64,000 nt of DNA from Eubacteriales bacterium (GCA_045617585.1 JAZLIW010000149.1:1671-65670), one strand, 5' to 3'. Shown: positions 10,336 through 20,344, counted from the stretch's first letter. Notes: generated from the sequence alone by a model not told the origin. A program made the numbers and translations.

Positions 10336-11409
10336 GTGGATAAAAAAACGTTTTTCAGAGAATTATCCGATCGGCTGAAGCGAAGCGGCGTATCCGATGA
10401 GAACGTCAAACGGCAGCTCGATCAGTTCGATTCTTATTTTTCCACACTGAGCGAAGAAGATTATATTAAGGAAATGAACAGCCTGAGCGACGTGGATAAG
10501 GTCGCGAAGAATATCGTATCCATTCTGAACGAAAGCGAAGAAGAAAAGGAACCGGAAGACGATCTCCCGGAGCCCAATCTGGACATCTTTGAAGAAGCGC
10601 ATTCGGAGGAAACGAACCGCAAATTCCCGGAGCAGACCGAAGCCGCGCCCGAAACGCCGGACGACCTCCGAAAAATGAGAGCCGCGAAACGTCCGGGCAG
10701 CACGGTAAGGTCTGCATCGGAAGAAAAGCCTTCTTCCCTTCCCGAAAAGGAAGAAGAAGAGGAAACCGAGAAGATCCGTGAGGACCTTCCGACGAAGCCG
10801 CGCGCCAAAAAAAGCGAAGAGAACAACGCGACGATCTTCATGGATCCGGTCAGCCTGACCAAGCCGACAAGAAAACGTCCGGTACCGGGCAAACCGATCG
10901 AAAACGGAAAAGAAAAGAAAAAGCCCGTGCAGAGAACGCAGAACGTATCCGAGCCGATCCGCTTTTCCGAGCTTGACGACGTTGTTCCGCTCGACAGAAA
11001 GAACGTATACATCTTCTGGATCGTATTCGTTCTCGCACTGCCGCTGATCGCCGCGATTCTTCTCGCGATTCTCGGCGTTTTCGGCGGTCTGTTCCTCCTG
11101 ATCGCGGGGATCATTGCCGCCTGCCTCGTCGGTCTCGTTGCCATTGCCGCCGGCGGGACCGGGGTTTCCCTGCTCAGTATCATCTACGGATTCCTCAAAT
11201 TCTCGTCTGCCCGCGCCGAATCGCTCTATGAGATCGGCAACGGGATCCTGATCGGAGGGATTGCGATCCTCTCCGGCGTTCTTCTTTACAATATCGCGGT
11301 CCGTCTGATGCCGGTGCTTCTGAAATGGCTCGGCAAGCTGTTCCGCTATACGGCAAAGAAACTGCTCAGTCTTTTCAAATTCATTAAGAGGGAGTGCACA
11401 GGCAGATGA
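10336..11409 (+). CDS. DUF1700-like membrane protein with a long charged linker
   Basis: GTG start after an AAGGGGG RBS. N-terminus (FFRELSDRLKRSGVSDENVKRQLDQFDSYF) resembles DUF1700. About 150 aa of E/K/P-rich linker, then about 4 C-terminal TM helices. Confidence 0.6.
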   Translation: MDKKTFFRELSDRLKRSGVSDENVKRQLDQFDSYFSTLSEEDYIKEMNSLSDVDKVAKNIVSILNESEEEKEPEDDLPEPNLDIFEEAHSEETNRKFPEQTEAAPETPDDLRKMRAAKRPGSTVRSASEEKPSSLPEKEEEEETEKIREDLPTKPRAKKSEENNATIFMDPVSLTKPTRKRPVPGKPIENGKEKKKPVQRTQNVSEPIRFSELDDVVPLDRKNVYIFWIVFVLALPLIAAILLAILGVFGGLFLLIAGIIAACLVGLVAIAAGGTGVSLLSIIYGFLKFSSARAESLYEIGNGILIGGIAILSGVLLYNIAVRLMPVLLKWLGKLFRYTAKKLLSLFKFIKRECTGR

Positions 11410-12254
11410 AACCGACATCGATAATTATGATCGTATTTTCCGTGCTTCTGATCGTCCTCGGGACGTTTGTCTGCACGACTGCTTCGGGAATGGCTGAAAA
11501 ACAGGGGATCGACCTGTTCTTCCAGTCCACGGATGAAGAAGGAAACCTCGTCACCACTTACACGATCGCGCCCGATATCACAAAGATCGAACTCGGTCTG
11601 GTCGGCGTTGACGTCAATATCGTCGGCGGCGCGCAGGAAAACAAGATCGAACTGATCAATTTCAAGATCAACACCTACACCTATCACGAGACCGAGGATA
11701 CGCTTGCAATCAGCAACGATACGAATATCCTTTCCCTGCTGAATCTCAGCGGTCAGGGGGAACAGTTCCACGGTCTGCGTCATTACAAGAATCTGTCCAA
11801 TTTCAAATCCGGCAAGCAATCTGTCACTCTCTACGTCACCGACACGACCTGGATTGAAAAAGTAACGCTTGAAATGACGAAGGGCAACGTTTTTGCCACG
11901 GGCGTACACGCCGCGGCGAAATACGATATCTCGCTGAACGAAGGGAACATCGAGCTGTCCGGCGTCACGAACGCCGTATCCTTTGATCTCAACATTGCTG
12001 CCAAGGGCGACGTTATGATCCGCAGCAGCTCGGCTGCCGAGATCACCGTCGGCATCGAGGAGGGCAGCTTCCAGTTCAACTCAAACGCGCAGTCCAGCAT
12101 GACGACCTATGCGCTGAAGACCGAAGAAGGGACCGTCAACGTCAACTCTGTTCAGTTCGGCAACGCGTATAACGTCACCTCCGCAGCCGCAGAAAGCGTT
12201 ATCACCGTCAATCTCGTCAAGGGCAATATCATCGTCGTCGATATGGAAGGCTGA
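11406..12254 (+). CDS. DUF4097-like beta-strand-repeat protein, N-terminally membrane anchored
   Basis: ATGA overlap with the upstream stop. Single N-terminal TM followed by a Thr/Val/Asn-rich repetitive beta-region. This is the usual partner of DUF1700 genes. Confidence 0.55.
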   Translation: MKPTSIIMIVFSVLLIVLGTFVCTTASGMAEKQGIDLFFQSTDEEGNLVTTYTIAPDITKIELGLVGVDVNIVGGAQENKIELINFKINTYTYHETEDTLAISNDTNILSLLNLSGQGEQFHGLRHYKNLSNFKSGKQSVTLYVTDTTWIEKVTLEMTKGNVFATGVHAAAKYDISLNEGNIELSGVTNAVSFDLNIAAKGDVMIRSSSAAEITVGIEEGSFQFNSNAQSSMTTYALKTEEGTVNVNSVQFGNAYNVTSAAAESVITVNLVKGNIIVVDMEG

Positions 12255-12333
12255 TACCGCAGAATCGCGTGAATAATTTCAGGCAGACCGTCAGATACTA
12301 TTTTCAGATATTCTGAAAAGGAGATGACCTGAA

Positions 12334-12555
12334 ATGATCATGGATCGGATCGCACTCGTCCTCGCCGTTATCGGCGGGCTCAACTGGGGCAGCGTCGGTA
12401 TCTTCCGCTTTGACATCGTCGCCTGGATCTGCGGCGGAGCGGATACGATGATCGCCCGCATCATTTACACCCTCGTCGGTCTTGCCGCCGTATGGTGCGT
12501 TTCCCTGCTCTTCCGTCCTTCTTTCGATGAGATCGACGAAAGAAACGCAGACTGA
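12334..12555 (+). CDS. DUF378 family small membrane protein
   Basis: 73 aa. The hallmark VIGGLNWG motif. Confidence 0.75.
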   Translation: MIMDRIALVLAVIGGLNWGSVGIFRFDIVAWICGGADTMIARIIYTLVGLAAVWCVSLLFRPSFDEIDERNAD

Positions 12556-12569
12556 ATACCAAACCGAAA

Positions 12570-12604
12570 AAACTGCCGGAAGGCTTCGCGCTTTCCGGCA
12601 GTTT
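12570..12604. terminator. Bidirectional terminator between convergent genes
   Basis: AAACTGCCGGAA / TTCCGGCAGTTT 12-bp stem. Confidence 0.7.
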
Positions 12605-12614
12605 CTGTGTTTCT

Positions 12615-13850
12615 TTATATGACCTGGAAGATATAGAATTTCAGATAATCGGTTTCCGGCACGTTCCATAAAATCGGATGATCCGGTCCTTGCTGCCTCA
12701 TTTCGATCTGTTTGAGGGAAACGCCGGCATCCTTTGCCGCGGACCTCAGCATTTCAACGAAAAGCTCGTTTTTCATAAAATGAGAGCATGAGCAGGTCGC
12801 AAAATAGCCCCCGCGCGGCAGAAGCTTCAGGGCACGGTAATTGATCTCCTTATATCCTTTTTCCGCGCTGCCGACCGTTTTCCGGCTCTTGGTGAAGGCA
12901 GGAGGATCAAGGATGATGAAATCGTAAGGCTTCTTCCCTTCCGCTTCCAGCTTCGGCAGAAGGTCGAAAACGTCGGTGCAGAGAAAATCCATCCGGTCGT
13001 TCAGACCGTTGAGCGAAGCATTACGTTCCGCCATGCGGATCGCGCTCTCGGAAATATCGACGGCGGTCACGTGCTCCGCGCCGCCCAGCGCGGCGTTCAA
13101 AGCGAAGGAACCGGTATGCGTAAAGCAGTCGAGGACACGCTTGCCGGAGGAGAGACGCATCACGGCGCGCCGGTTGAACTTCTGATCGAGAAAGAAGCCG
13201 GTCTTTTGTCCGTTTTCAACGTCCACGGTATAGCGGATCCCGTTTTCCGTGATCTCCGTCACGGGGTCCCCGGTATGGCTGATCTCCGCCGACTCGTACC
13301 AACCCTTCCCGGTCGGAAGACCCTCGATCTCACGGATCTTCGATTCGTTCCTTTCGTAGATACCGCGTACGCTGATCCCGAGCGCGGAAAGCTCGCGGAT
13401 CAGGGTTGAATACAGGATCTCTTTGCGCATCTCCATGCCATAGGAAAGGATCTCCGCGGAAAGCAGATCGTGAAAAAGATCGACGGTCACGCCTGGCAAG
13501 CCGTCCGACTCGCCGAAAATCAGCCTGCAGGCATCAAGATCGTCCCTCATGACCGTTTTCCTGTAATCGACAGCGTATTTGACTCTGCGGGCAAAAAACG
13601 CGTCCCCGAAGGTCTCATTCGCGTTGTCGGTCAGGACCCTGACACGGATCTTGCTGTTCTTGCTGTACAGACCGGAACCGAGATACGTCCCTTTTTCACT
13701 GACGACGTCTGTTATGCAGCCGTTCGTGAATTCTCCTGCCGTCCCCGAGATCACGTTATCGTAGACCCACGGGTGTCCTGCCCGGAGAGAGCGTTCCCCT
13801 TTCGGATCGACTACGGTGATCGGAAATATTCTGTTCTGTTTCATATTCAC
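12615..13850 (-). CDS. Class I SAM-dependent rRNA (cytosine-C5) methyltransferase, RlmI/RlmK-like
   Basis: 411 aa. N-terminal PUA-like region (GHPWVY) plus a SAM fold (VLDCFTHTGSF, IILDPPAF). Confidence 0.85.
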   Translation of the reverse strand: MNMKQNRIFPITVVDPKGERSLRAGHPWVYDNVISGTAGEFTNGCITDVVSEKGTYLGSGLYSKNSKIRVRVLTDNANETFGDAFFARRVKYAVDYRKTVMRDDLDACRLIFGESDGLPGVTVDLFHDLLSAEILSYGMEMRKEILYSTLIRELSALGISVRGIYERNESKIREIEGLPTGKGWYESAEISHTGDPVTEITENGIRYTVDVENGQKTGFFLDQKFNRRAVMRLSSGKRVLDCFTHTGSFALNAALGGAEHVTAVDISESAIRMAERNASLNGLNDRMDFLCTDVFDLLPKLEAEGKKPYDFIILDPPAFTKSRKTVGSAEKGYKEINYRALKLLPRGGYFATCSCSHFMKNELFVEMLRSAAKDAGVSLKQIEMRQQGPDHPILWNVPETDYLKFYIFQVI

Positions 13851-13913
13851 TCCGCTAAAATCAATCAGGGGCCGACGTCGATCGTTGCCGATGAACGCAG
13901 CCCCGTTTTTCTG

Positions 13914-14615
13914 TCAGCCGCCGAGATACGCTTTCTTGATCGCTTCCGACTGCATGAGTTCTTTTCCGGTACCGGTCAGCGCGATCCTGCCGGATTCCAG
14001 CACGTACGCGCGGTTTGCAATGGCAAGCGCCTTTCCGGCGTTCTGTTCCACGAGAAGGACAGTCGTCCCCATCGCGTGGAACTGCTTGATGATTTCAAAG
14101 ATCTCCTCAACGAGGATCGGTGCAAGACCCATGGAGGGCTCATCCAGCATGAGCAGCTTGGGCTTACTCATCATGGCTCTGCCGATCGCGAGCATCTGCT
14201 GCTCACCGCCGGAAAGCGTTCCGGCGATCTGCTTTTTCCGCTCGTCAAGACGCGGAAAATGGCGGAAGACCTCTTTGATCCCCTCGGAAATATCGCCGCT
14301 TGACGTGTAGGCGCCCATCTCCAGATTTTCCATGACGGTCATCTGTTGGAAGATGCGCCGTCCCTCCGGAACGTGTGCGAGGCCTTTTTTCACCATACGG
14401 AAGGATTCCGTTTTGGAAATGTCCTCGCCGCAGAAAGAAATGGAGCCGGTCTGGGAACGAAGCAGTCCGGACACGGTCTTGAGCGTCGTGCTTTTTCCCG
14501 CGCCGTTCGCGCCGATCAGTGCGACAACCTCCCCCTGATCAACGGAAAAGGAAACGTCCTTGATCGCGTGGATATTGCCGTAATAAACGTTGATATGATT
14601 CACTTCCAGCATCAT
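13914..14615 (-). CDS. livF: Branched-chain amino-acid ABC transporter ATP-binding protein
   Basis: Walker A GANGAGKST, signature LSGGEQQML, Walker B LMLDEPSMGL. Confidence 0.9.
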   Translation of the reverse strand: MMLEVNHINVYYGNIHAIKDVSFSVDQGEVVALIGANGAGKSTTLKTVSGLLRSQTGSISFCGEDISKTESFRMVKKGLAHVPEGRRIFQQMTVMENLEMGAYTSSGDISEGIKEVFRHFPRLDERKKQIAGTLSGGEQQMLAIGRAMMSKPKLLMLDEPSMGLAPILVEEIFEIIKQFHAMGTTVLLVEQNAGKALAIANRAYVLESGRIALTGTGKELMQSEAIKKAYLGG

Positions 14616-14619
14616 GGCG

Positions 14620-15462
14620 TCAATCCTTCTTTCCGAGATAGGCTTCGATCACGACGGGATTCGCGACGATCTCGTCAGGCGTCCCCTTGGCAATGACCCT
14701 GCCGTAGTTCAGTACGCAGATCCCTTCGCAGATCCCCATGACAAGATTCATATCGTGTTCGATCAGCATGACCGCGATCTTGAAGGTATCGCGGATCATA
14801 CGGATATTGTCCATCAGCTCCGCCGTTTCTGACGGGTTCATGCCGGCAGCGGGTTCGTCCAGCAGGATGATACCGGGATTTGTCGCAAGTGCGCGGACGA
14901 TCTCAAGCCGTCTCTGCGCACCGTAAGGCAGGCTGCCCGCCTTTGCTTTGGCGGTGTTTTCCATTTTGAAGATGGAAAGGAGCTCCATCGCTCTCTCGTT
15001 CGCACTCTTCTCCGCTTTATAATACGACGGAAGACGAAGCAGCGACGCGCCGAGGGATTCGCGGACGGAATTGTGAAGTCCGACCTTGACGTTATCGAGC
15101 ACGCTCATATTGGAAAACAGACGGATGTTCTGGAAGGTACGCGCGATCCCCATACGGTTGACCTGCTCGGTCGTTTTACCCGCGGTATTGATCCCGTCGA
15201 GCATGATGGAGCCGTTGGTCGGCTGATACACGTTCGTCAGAAGATTGAAGACCGTGGTCTTCCCTGCGCCGTTCGGTCCGATGAGACCCGCGATCTCGGT
15301 GCGGCCGACGGTCAGATTGAAGTCGTCGACGGCCTTCAGACCGTTGAAATTGATGCCGAGGTGGCTGACCTCAAGGATCGGCAGAAGATGGGCGTCGCGT
15401 TCCGGAATAATGGAATGCGAGGGGACGGGGACCATTTTGGTTCTTTCTTTCTGATTATTCAT
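14620..15462 (-). CDS. livG: Branched-chain amino-acid ABC transporter ATP-binding protein
   Basis: Walker A GPNGAGKTT, signature LPYGAQRRLE, Walker B ILLDEPAAGM. The start at MNNQ was chosen to overlap the livM stop, and the longer alternative start is less likely. Confidence 0.88.
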   Translation of the reverse strand: MNNQKERTKMVPVPSHSIIPERDAHLLPILEVSHLGINFNGLKAVDDFNLTVGRTEIAGLIGPNGAGKTTVFNLLTNVYQPTNGSIMLDGINTAGKTTEQVNRMGIARTFQNIRLFSNMSVLDNVKVGLHNSVRESLGASLLRLPSYYKAEKSANERAMELLSIFKMENTAKAKAGSLPYGAQRRLEIVRALATNPGIILLDEPAAGMNPSETAELMDNIRMIRDTFKIAVMLIEHDMNLVMGICEGICVLNYGRVIAKGTPDEIVANPVVIEAYLGKKD

Positions 15463-16462
15463 CTTCGGTCTCCTCCTGCTTCTTTTTCTTTCCGGCAAGC
15501 ATCGTCTTGATGTTGTACTTTTCTCTGAAGTGCTTTCCGAATTCGGAACTGTTGAAGATCATGATCGCGATCAGAAGCACAGCGTAAATGACCATGCGGT
15601 ATTTATCCAGTCCGCGCAACGCTTCCGGAAGCGCGGTGATCACGATCGCCGCGATCACGGAGCCGCGGACGGAACCCATGCCGCCGAGAACGACGATCAG
15701 GAGGATCTCGATCGAGCGGTTATAGTCAAACGTATCGGCGGTCAGGATATTCAGGTTGTGCCCGTAAATGACGCCCGCAATCCCCGCGAAGAAGGCGGAA
15801 ATAACGAACGCGAGCATCTTGTAGTAGGTGATCTGAACCCCGCAGGATTCCGCCGCGATGCGGTTATCGCGTATCGCGGTGATTGCACGGCCGCTCTTGC
15901 TGTTCAGGAAATTCAGGATCAGCAGGACCGTGATTGCGACGACGGCAAACGAAGAAATGAAGGAAGCGTCCTGCGGCGTTCCCTTGAGGCCCGACGCACC
16001 GCCGAGGAAATCAAGATTGATGATCACGGAACGGATGATCTCACCGAACGCAAGCGTAACGATCGCAAGATAGTCGCCCTTCAGGCGCAGGACCGGAATG
16101 CCGATCAGGATCCCGAAGACGGCAGCAACGATACCGCCGACCAGCATCGCGAGCGGATACCGGAGAAACACCGGAAGCGCGTCCCGCATATAGATGGAAA
16201 AGAGACATCCGGCATACGCGCCGACCGACATAAAGCCGGCGTGACCGAGCGTCAGCTCTCCGAGAAAGCCAACGGTCAGATTCAGCGAAACGGCAAGGAT
16301 CATATTGATGCAGATCGGGACCAGCATCGCCTGAAGATGCCTGGAGGCGGTTCCGGTCAGAACCATGATCTCAATGACGGCAAACGCGCCGAACAGGATT
16401 GCGAAGGTAATCAGACTGTCCTTCAGGTCCTTGCTCATCTTTTTTCTCTCCGTCATGATCAC
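15455..16462 (-). CDS. livM: Branched-chain amino-acid ABC transporter permease
   Basis: 335 aa polytopic protein with LivM-type organisation. 4-nt overlap with livH. Confidence 0.88.
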   Translation of the reverse strand: MIMTERKKMSKDLKDSLITFAILFGAFAVIEIMVLTGTASRHLQAMLVPICINMILAVSLNLTVGFLGELTLGHAGFMSVGAYAGCLFSIYMRDALPVFLRYPLAMLVGGIVAAVFGILIGIPVLRLKGDYLAIVTLAFGEIIRSVIINLDFLGGASGLKGTPQDASFISSFAVVAITVLLILNFLNSKSGRAITAIRDNRIAAESCGVQITYYKMLAFVISAFFAGIAGVIYGHNLNILTADTFDYNRSIEILLIVVLGGMGSVRGSVIAAIVITALPEALRGLDKYRMVIYAVLLIAIMIFNSSEFGKHFREKYNIKTMLAGKKKKQEETEDE

Positions 16463-17334
16463 ACCTTCTCTCTGATCTTCTTACCGAGAAGACCGGTCGG
16501 TTTCACAACGAGAACGACGATCAGGACGCCGAAGACGATGGCGTCGGCAAGGTCGGTCGAAATATACGCCTTGGAAAGGTTCTCGATGATACCGAGCAGG
16601 ATCCCGCCGAGCATCGCACCGGGGATCGATCCGATCCCGCCGAAGACGGCGGCTACGAACGCCTTGATCCCGGGCATCGCACCGGCGTAAGGATCCACAA
16701 AGCCGTAGGTCGAACCGTAGAAGATACCGGCGACCGCCGCAAGCGCGGAACCGATCGCAAAGGTCAGCGTGATCGTGCGGTTGACACTGATCCCCATCAG
16801 CTCCGCCGCCTCTTTATCCTCCGAGACGGCACGCATCGCTTTGCCGAGTTTCGTCAGATTGATGAACAGTGTCAGGACGACCATAATGATCGTCGTAACG
16901 ATCAGGGTCACGACCGCGGAGCCCTTGATGGAAAGTTCGCCGATCCGGATCGCGTTCGCTCGAATGACGGTCGGAAAGCTCTGCTTCCCCGAGCCGAAGA
17001 TCAGCAGCGCAACGCTCTGCAAAAAATAGCTGACGCCGATCGCCGTGATGAGGACGGCGAGCGGGTTCGCTTTTCTCAGCGGCTTGTACGCGATCTTTTC
17101 GATCGTAATACCGAGTACGGTACACAGCACCACACTCGTAAGGATACCGACGTACCAGGGCAGGCCGGCCGTAGTAACGGTGGCAAGAACGGCAAACGCG
17201 CCGATCATAATGACGTCACCGTGAGCAAAGTTCAGCATCTTGGCGATCCCGTACACCATCGTGTACCCCAGAGCGATCAGAGCGTAGATCGCGCCGAGGG
17301 ACAGACCGCTGATGATATTCGACAGAAATTCCAT
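16459..17334 (-). CDS. livH: Branched-chain amino-acid ABC transporter permease
   Basis: 291 aa polytopic protein, LivH family (NFAHGD motif). Confidence 0.9.
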   Translation of the reverse strand: MEFLSNIISGLSLGAIYALIALGYTMVYGIAKMLNFAHGDVIMIGAFAVLATVTTAGLPWYVGILTSVVLCTVLGITIEKIAYKPLRKANPLAVLITAIGVSYFLQSVALLIFGSGKQSFPTVIRANAIRIGELSIKGSAVVTLIVTTIIMVVLTLFINLTKLGKAMRAVSEDKEAAELMGISVNRTITLTFAIGSALAAVAGIFYGSTYGFVDPYAGAMPGIKAFVAAVFGGIGSIPGAMLGGILLGIIENLSKAYISTDLADAIVFGVLIVVLVVKPTGLLGKKIREKV

Positions 17335-17500
17335 AAAAGGTCCGTTCCTTTCCGATTTCGGATCAGAGAATCAACGCAGGAGAGAATGAAAACGCAGATG
17401 AGAAAATGGCTGAAAACCGCAGTTTGCCGGGGCTGTTTTTCGCTTCCTTGTATCGGAAGCAGAGGCGCAGCCCCGGCGGGTATTCGGTTAATAGACCGGA

Positions 17501-18649
17501 TTACTTGGTATACTCGACGTACTCGCCGTCCTTGATGACGACGGCAGTAGCGGACTTGGAGGCCTCACCGTCAGCGCTCCAGGTCATGGTACCGGTCACA
17601 CCGTTCAGGGTGATCTTGAGCATGGAAGCGATGAGCTTGGTGTTCAGATCGGCGTCAAGCGTGTTGGTGATACCGGCATCCTTGACTGCCTCTGCGATCG
17701 CATAAATGGCGTCGTAACCGTCAGCGGCGAACTGGTCCGGAACGACGTTGTACGCTTCCTTGTAAGCCTTGACGAAAGCGGCGACCTTGGGATCAGTGGA
17801 AGAAGCGGCGAACGGCGTGAGAAGCATAACGCCCTCGGTCAGCGCCTTCTTGTCCTCACCCATCTGCTGGATGATACCGTCCATACCGTCAACCCCGAAG
17901 AAGATGACCTTCAGGTCGATCTGGTCAGCCTGGGTCAGGATCAGGCCGGCGTCGGCATAGTAGATCGGGAGGAAGAGGAGGTCGGCACCGCTCTCCTTGA
18001 CAGCCTGAAGCTGGACGGAGAAGTCGGTATTGGACTGGTTGGTATAGGACTGATCGGTAACGACGGTCAGACCCTTCTTGGCTGCCTCGGCAACGAAATT
18101 GTCGTGGATACCGACGGAATAGTCGTTGGACTTATCGAAGATGATCGCGATCTTGGAAGCGACCTGCTTCTCGGAGATGAAGTCTGCGGCGTATGTACCC
18201 TGGTCAGGGTCGGTGAAGCAGATACGGAAGCAGTTATCGTACTGCGTGCATTCCTTCTGGGAGCCGGAAGGCGTGATCATCAGAAGGCCGTCCTTCTTCG
18301 CTTCTTCGGTCAGAGCGACGCAGGCACCGGAGGTAACGGCACCGAGGGAGACCTGCATGCCCTTATCCATCATGGTGTTGTAGCCGTTGATCGCGGCAGT
18401 CGGATCGCAGGCGTCGTCCTCGAAGAGGAGTTCGATCTTGATCCCGTTGATACCGCCGTTCGCGTTGATCTCGTTGACGGCGATGGTGGCACCGTTCTTG
18501 ACGGAAATACCGTAAGAAGCGTTATCACCGGTAAGAGGACCGGTAGCACCGATGACGAGCTTGGTGCCGTCATTCTTGCTGCCGGAGCAGGATACGAGCG
18601 CCATTGACATCATAAGGACGGCAATGACAAGGCAAAGAATCTTTTTCAT
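17501..18649 (-). CDS. Branched-chain amino-acid ABC transporter substrate-binding lipoprotein (LivJ/K-like)
   Basis: Lipobox LVSCSG. Type 1 periplasmic-binding fold. First gene of the liv-type operon. Confidence 0.88.
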   Translation of the reverse strand: MKKILCLVIAVLMMSMALVSCSGSKNDGTKLVIGATGPLTGDNASYGISVKNGATIAVNEINANGGINGIKIELLFEDDACDPTAAINGYNTMMDKGMQVSLGAVTSGACVALTEEAKKDGLLMITPSGSQKECTQYDNCFRICFTDPDQGTYAADFISEKQVASKIAIIFDKSNDYSVGIHDNFVAEAAKKGLTVVTDQSYTNQSNTDFSVQLQAVKESGADLLFLPIYYADAGLILTQADQIDLKVIFFGVDGMDGIIQQMGEDKKALTEGVMLLTPFAASSTDPKVAAFVKAYKEAYNVVPDQFAADGYDAIYAIAEAVKDAGITNTLDADLNTKLIASMLKITLNGVTGTMTWSADGEASKSATAVVIKDGEYVEYTK

Positions 18650-18697
18650 GGTTTACTCCTTTTTATTTTACTGCATACTGCAGGGATGACGGGTTCC

Positions 18698-18726
18698 AAA
18701 AGAAAAGGCTCCGCTTGTGCGAAGCC
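18698..18726 (-). terminator. Intrinsic terminator 2 inside the liv leader
   Basis: On the minus strand, GGCTTCGC-acaa-GCGGAGCC (8 bp, one G.U pair) followed by TTTTCTTTT, about 50 nt before the livJ start. Confidence 0.6.
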
Positions 18727-18809
18727 TTCCGGCGTTTTCACGCAAGCATATCCGATCGTTTTTGAAATACGGGGATCCGGGAGCGGCAGAGCCGAACGTC
18801 CGGAAGAAT

Positions 18810-18839
18810 GAAAACGGACACCATGGCAGCGGTGTCCGT
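18810..18839 (-). terminator. Intrinsic terminator 1 inside the liv leader
   Basis: On the minus strand, ACGGACAC-(10 nt)-GTGTCCGT followed by TTTTC. Confidence 0.6.
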
Positions 18840-18961
18840 CAGAATTCCTTCGTGCGCATAAACAAAAGCCCCTGCTGTCGCAGCGGTAAAGGGCTGATCT
18901 TTGCGGCAGGACTTTTTCATTGCTCTTTGCTCACTTTATACAATATAATATGTTAATAAAT

Positions 18962-18990
18962 ATTATACAAAACCGTGCCCCGTTTGTCAA
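18962..18990 (-). promoter_or_regulatory. Sigma-A-type promoter of the liv operon leader
   Basis: On the minus strand, TTGACA (18990-18985), 17-nt spacer, TATAAT (18967-18962). Both hexamers are perfect. Confidence 0.65.
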
Positions 18991-19135
18991 TCGTTTCTTT
19001 CGACAAAATTTCCTGCTTCGATAACCTGCTTCTGTTCAGAATTCACATGAAACTGTTGTTTTTCCGCCTCCTTTGCGGAAGGCGGCGGAAAGGACCGTTT
19101 TGCAGGAGCGGCGTCACCGTTCCTGCATTTTCACG

Positions 19136-20233
19136 TCAGGCGTCGGTCTCCTCCTTGCGGAAGACCCAATCCTGCTGGATACGGTAGCTGATAAAATACA
19201 GCACGGTATCAACGACGATCTTGATCAGCGTGATCAGCCAGTCGTTCTCAACGCCGAGCAGCCGTGAAGCGCCGCTGACGAGAAGTGCCGAAACGAGGAA
19301 CTGCGGGACCGCGAGGCAGTAATAGCGGAAGAGCGTCTTTTTGACGGAACCGCTGCTGCGGAACACCATCTTCCGGTTCAGCGAAAAATTGACCACGGAA
19401 GAGATCACTCTTGCAAGCGCCGTGCTGACCGTGGTCCTGACCGTGCCGTTGCCGAGGAAGGCAAACACGAACAGAAACAGCCGGAAAAGACCATTGTCGA
19501 CGACCCAGGAGATCAGGGAACTGGCGAGAAAACGGAAGATCTGACTGTAGATCCGGATCGAATCGCGGACGGGGTGAAAATGCGAGGTCTGATTCTCTTC
19601 GATATAGACCGTCTCGATCTCTACCTCGGAATAAGGGATCCCGTTCGCCTTGAGGTCCAGAAGCTGATTGATCTCGTATTCGTAGCGGTCCCCTCTCGTT
19701 TCGGAGAACGCGCCGTAATACTTTGCCGGAAACGCGCGAAGTCCCGTCTGGGTATCGGAAATATTCAGCCCGACGCCCGTACGGAAAACGAAGGATGTCA
19801 GCTTGTTGCCGAATTTGCTGCGGGGCGGGACCTGCGGCAGATCGAAATTGCGCACGCCGAGAACGAACGAACCGTCTTCCAGCATCCGTTCGACGCAGGC
19901 AAGCGCGTCGGCGGCACGGTGCTGGTTGTCCCCGTCGACGGCGACGCAGCCGAGGCTGTCCTTTCTGTTTTCCATAAGGAAACGGAACGCCGTCTTCAGT
20001 CCGGCGCCCTTCCCGCGGTTCACCTCGTGGGTGAGAACGGTCACGCAGCCCCGTCCCGCCTCTTCCGCTTCACGGAACCGGCAAAGGCATTCCTCTTTGG
20101 AGCCGTCGTTGACGATGATGACGTCGGTAAACCCGACGGAAAGCACTTCTTCCACGACCTGTTTCAGTTTTTCGTCGGGATTATAGGACGGTACGACGAC
20201 AGAAACGCGTCGGATCTGTTCGATATCTGACAT
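19136..20233 (-). CDS. Bifunctional glycosyltransferase family 2 / GtrA-like protein
   Basis: N-terminal GT2 fold (VVVPSYNPDE...VNDGS...DGD). The C-terminal region of about 130 aa has 4 TM helices with GtrA signatures (NFSLNRKMVF ... QQDWVFRK). Confidence 0.8.
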   Translation of the reverse strand: MSDIEQIRRVSVVVPSYNPDEKLKQVVEEVLSVGFTDVIIVNDGSKEECLCRFREAEEAGRGCVTVLTHEVNRGKGAGLKTAFRFLMENRKDSLGCVAVDGDNQHRAADALACVERMLEDGSFVLGVRNFDLPQVPPRSKFGNKLTSFVFRTGVGLNISDTQTGLRAFPAKYYGAFSETRGDRYEYEINQLLDLKANGIPYSEVEIETVYIEENQTSHFHPVRDSIRIYSQIFRFLASSLISWVVDNGLFRLFLFVFAFLGNGTVRTTVSTALARVISSVVNFSLNRKMVFRSSGSVKKTLFRYYCLAVPQFLVSALLVSGASRLLGVENDWLITLIKIVVDTVLYFISYRIQQDWVFRKEETDA

Positions 20234-20344
20234 AGTATTTTCCTTTCAGAACGAATCTGATTCAGTATAACATAAAATGTGACGTTTGTCGAGAGCAAAA
20301 AGAAAATCTTTCTTTCCCGCTCTCTTCCTTTTCGGGGAAAGCGC

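Noticed and set aside
10363-11418. 351-aa minus-strand ORF.
   Set aside because: It is the antisense shadow of the DUF1700-like gene. The plus-strand gene has a promoter, an RBS, a conserved N-terminus and C-terminal TM helices.
18738-18920. 60-aa ORF inside the liv leader, considered as a possible attenuation leader peptide.
   Set aside because: It is not enriched in Ile/Leu/Val codons and has no RBS. It spans both terminator hairpins rather than ending before them, so classical ribosome-mediated attenuation is unlikely.
18650-18990. T-box riboswitch identity for the liv leader.
   Set aside because: I could not find the conserved T-box 14-mer (AGGGUGGNACCGCG), the AGAGA/GA-motif stem I elements, or an antiterminator bulge. 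The isolated GTCCGGAAG on the plus strand is also too short to call an SRP RNA. The region is kept as an unassigned structured leader.
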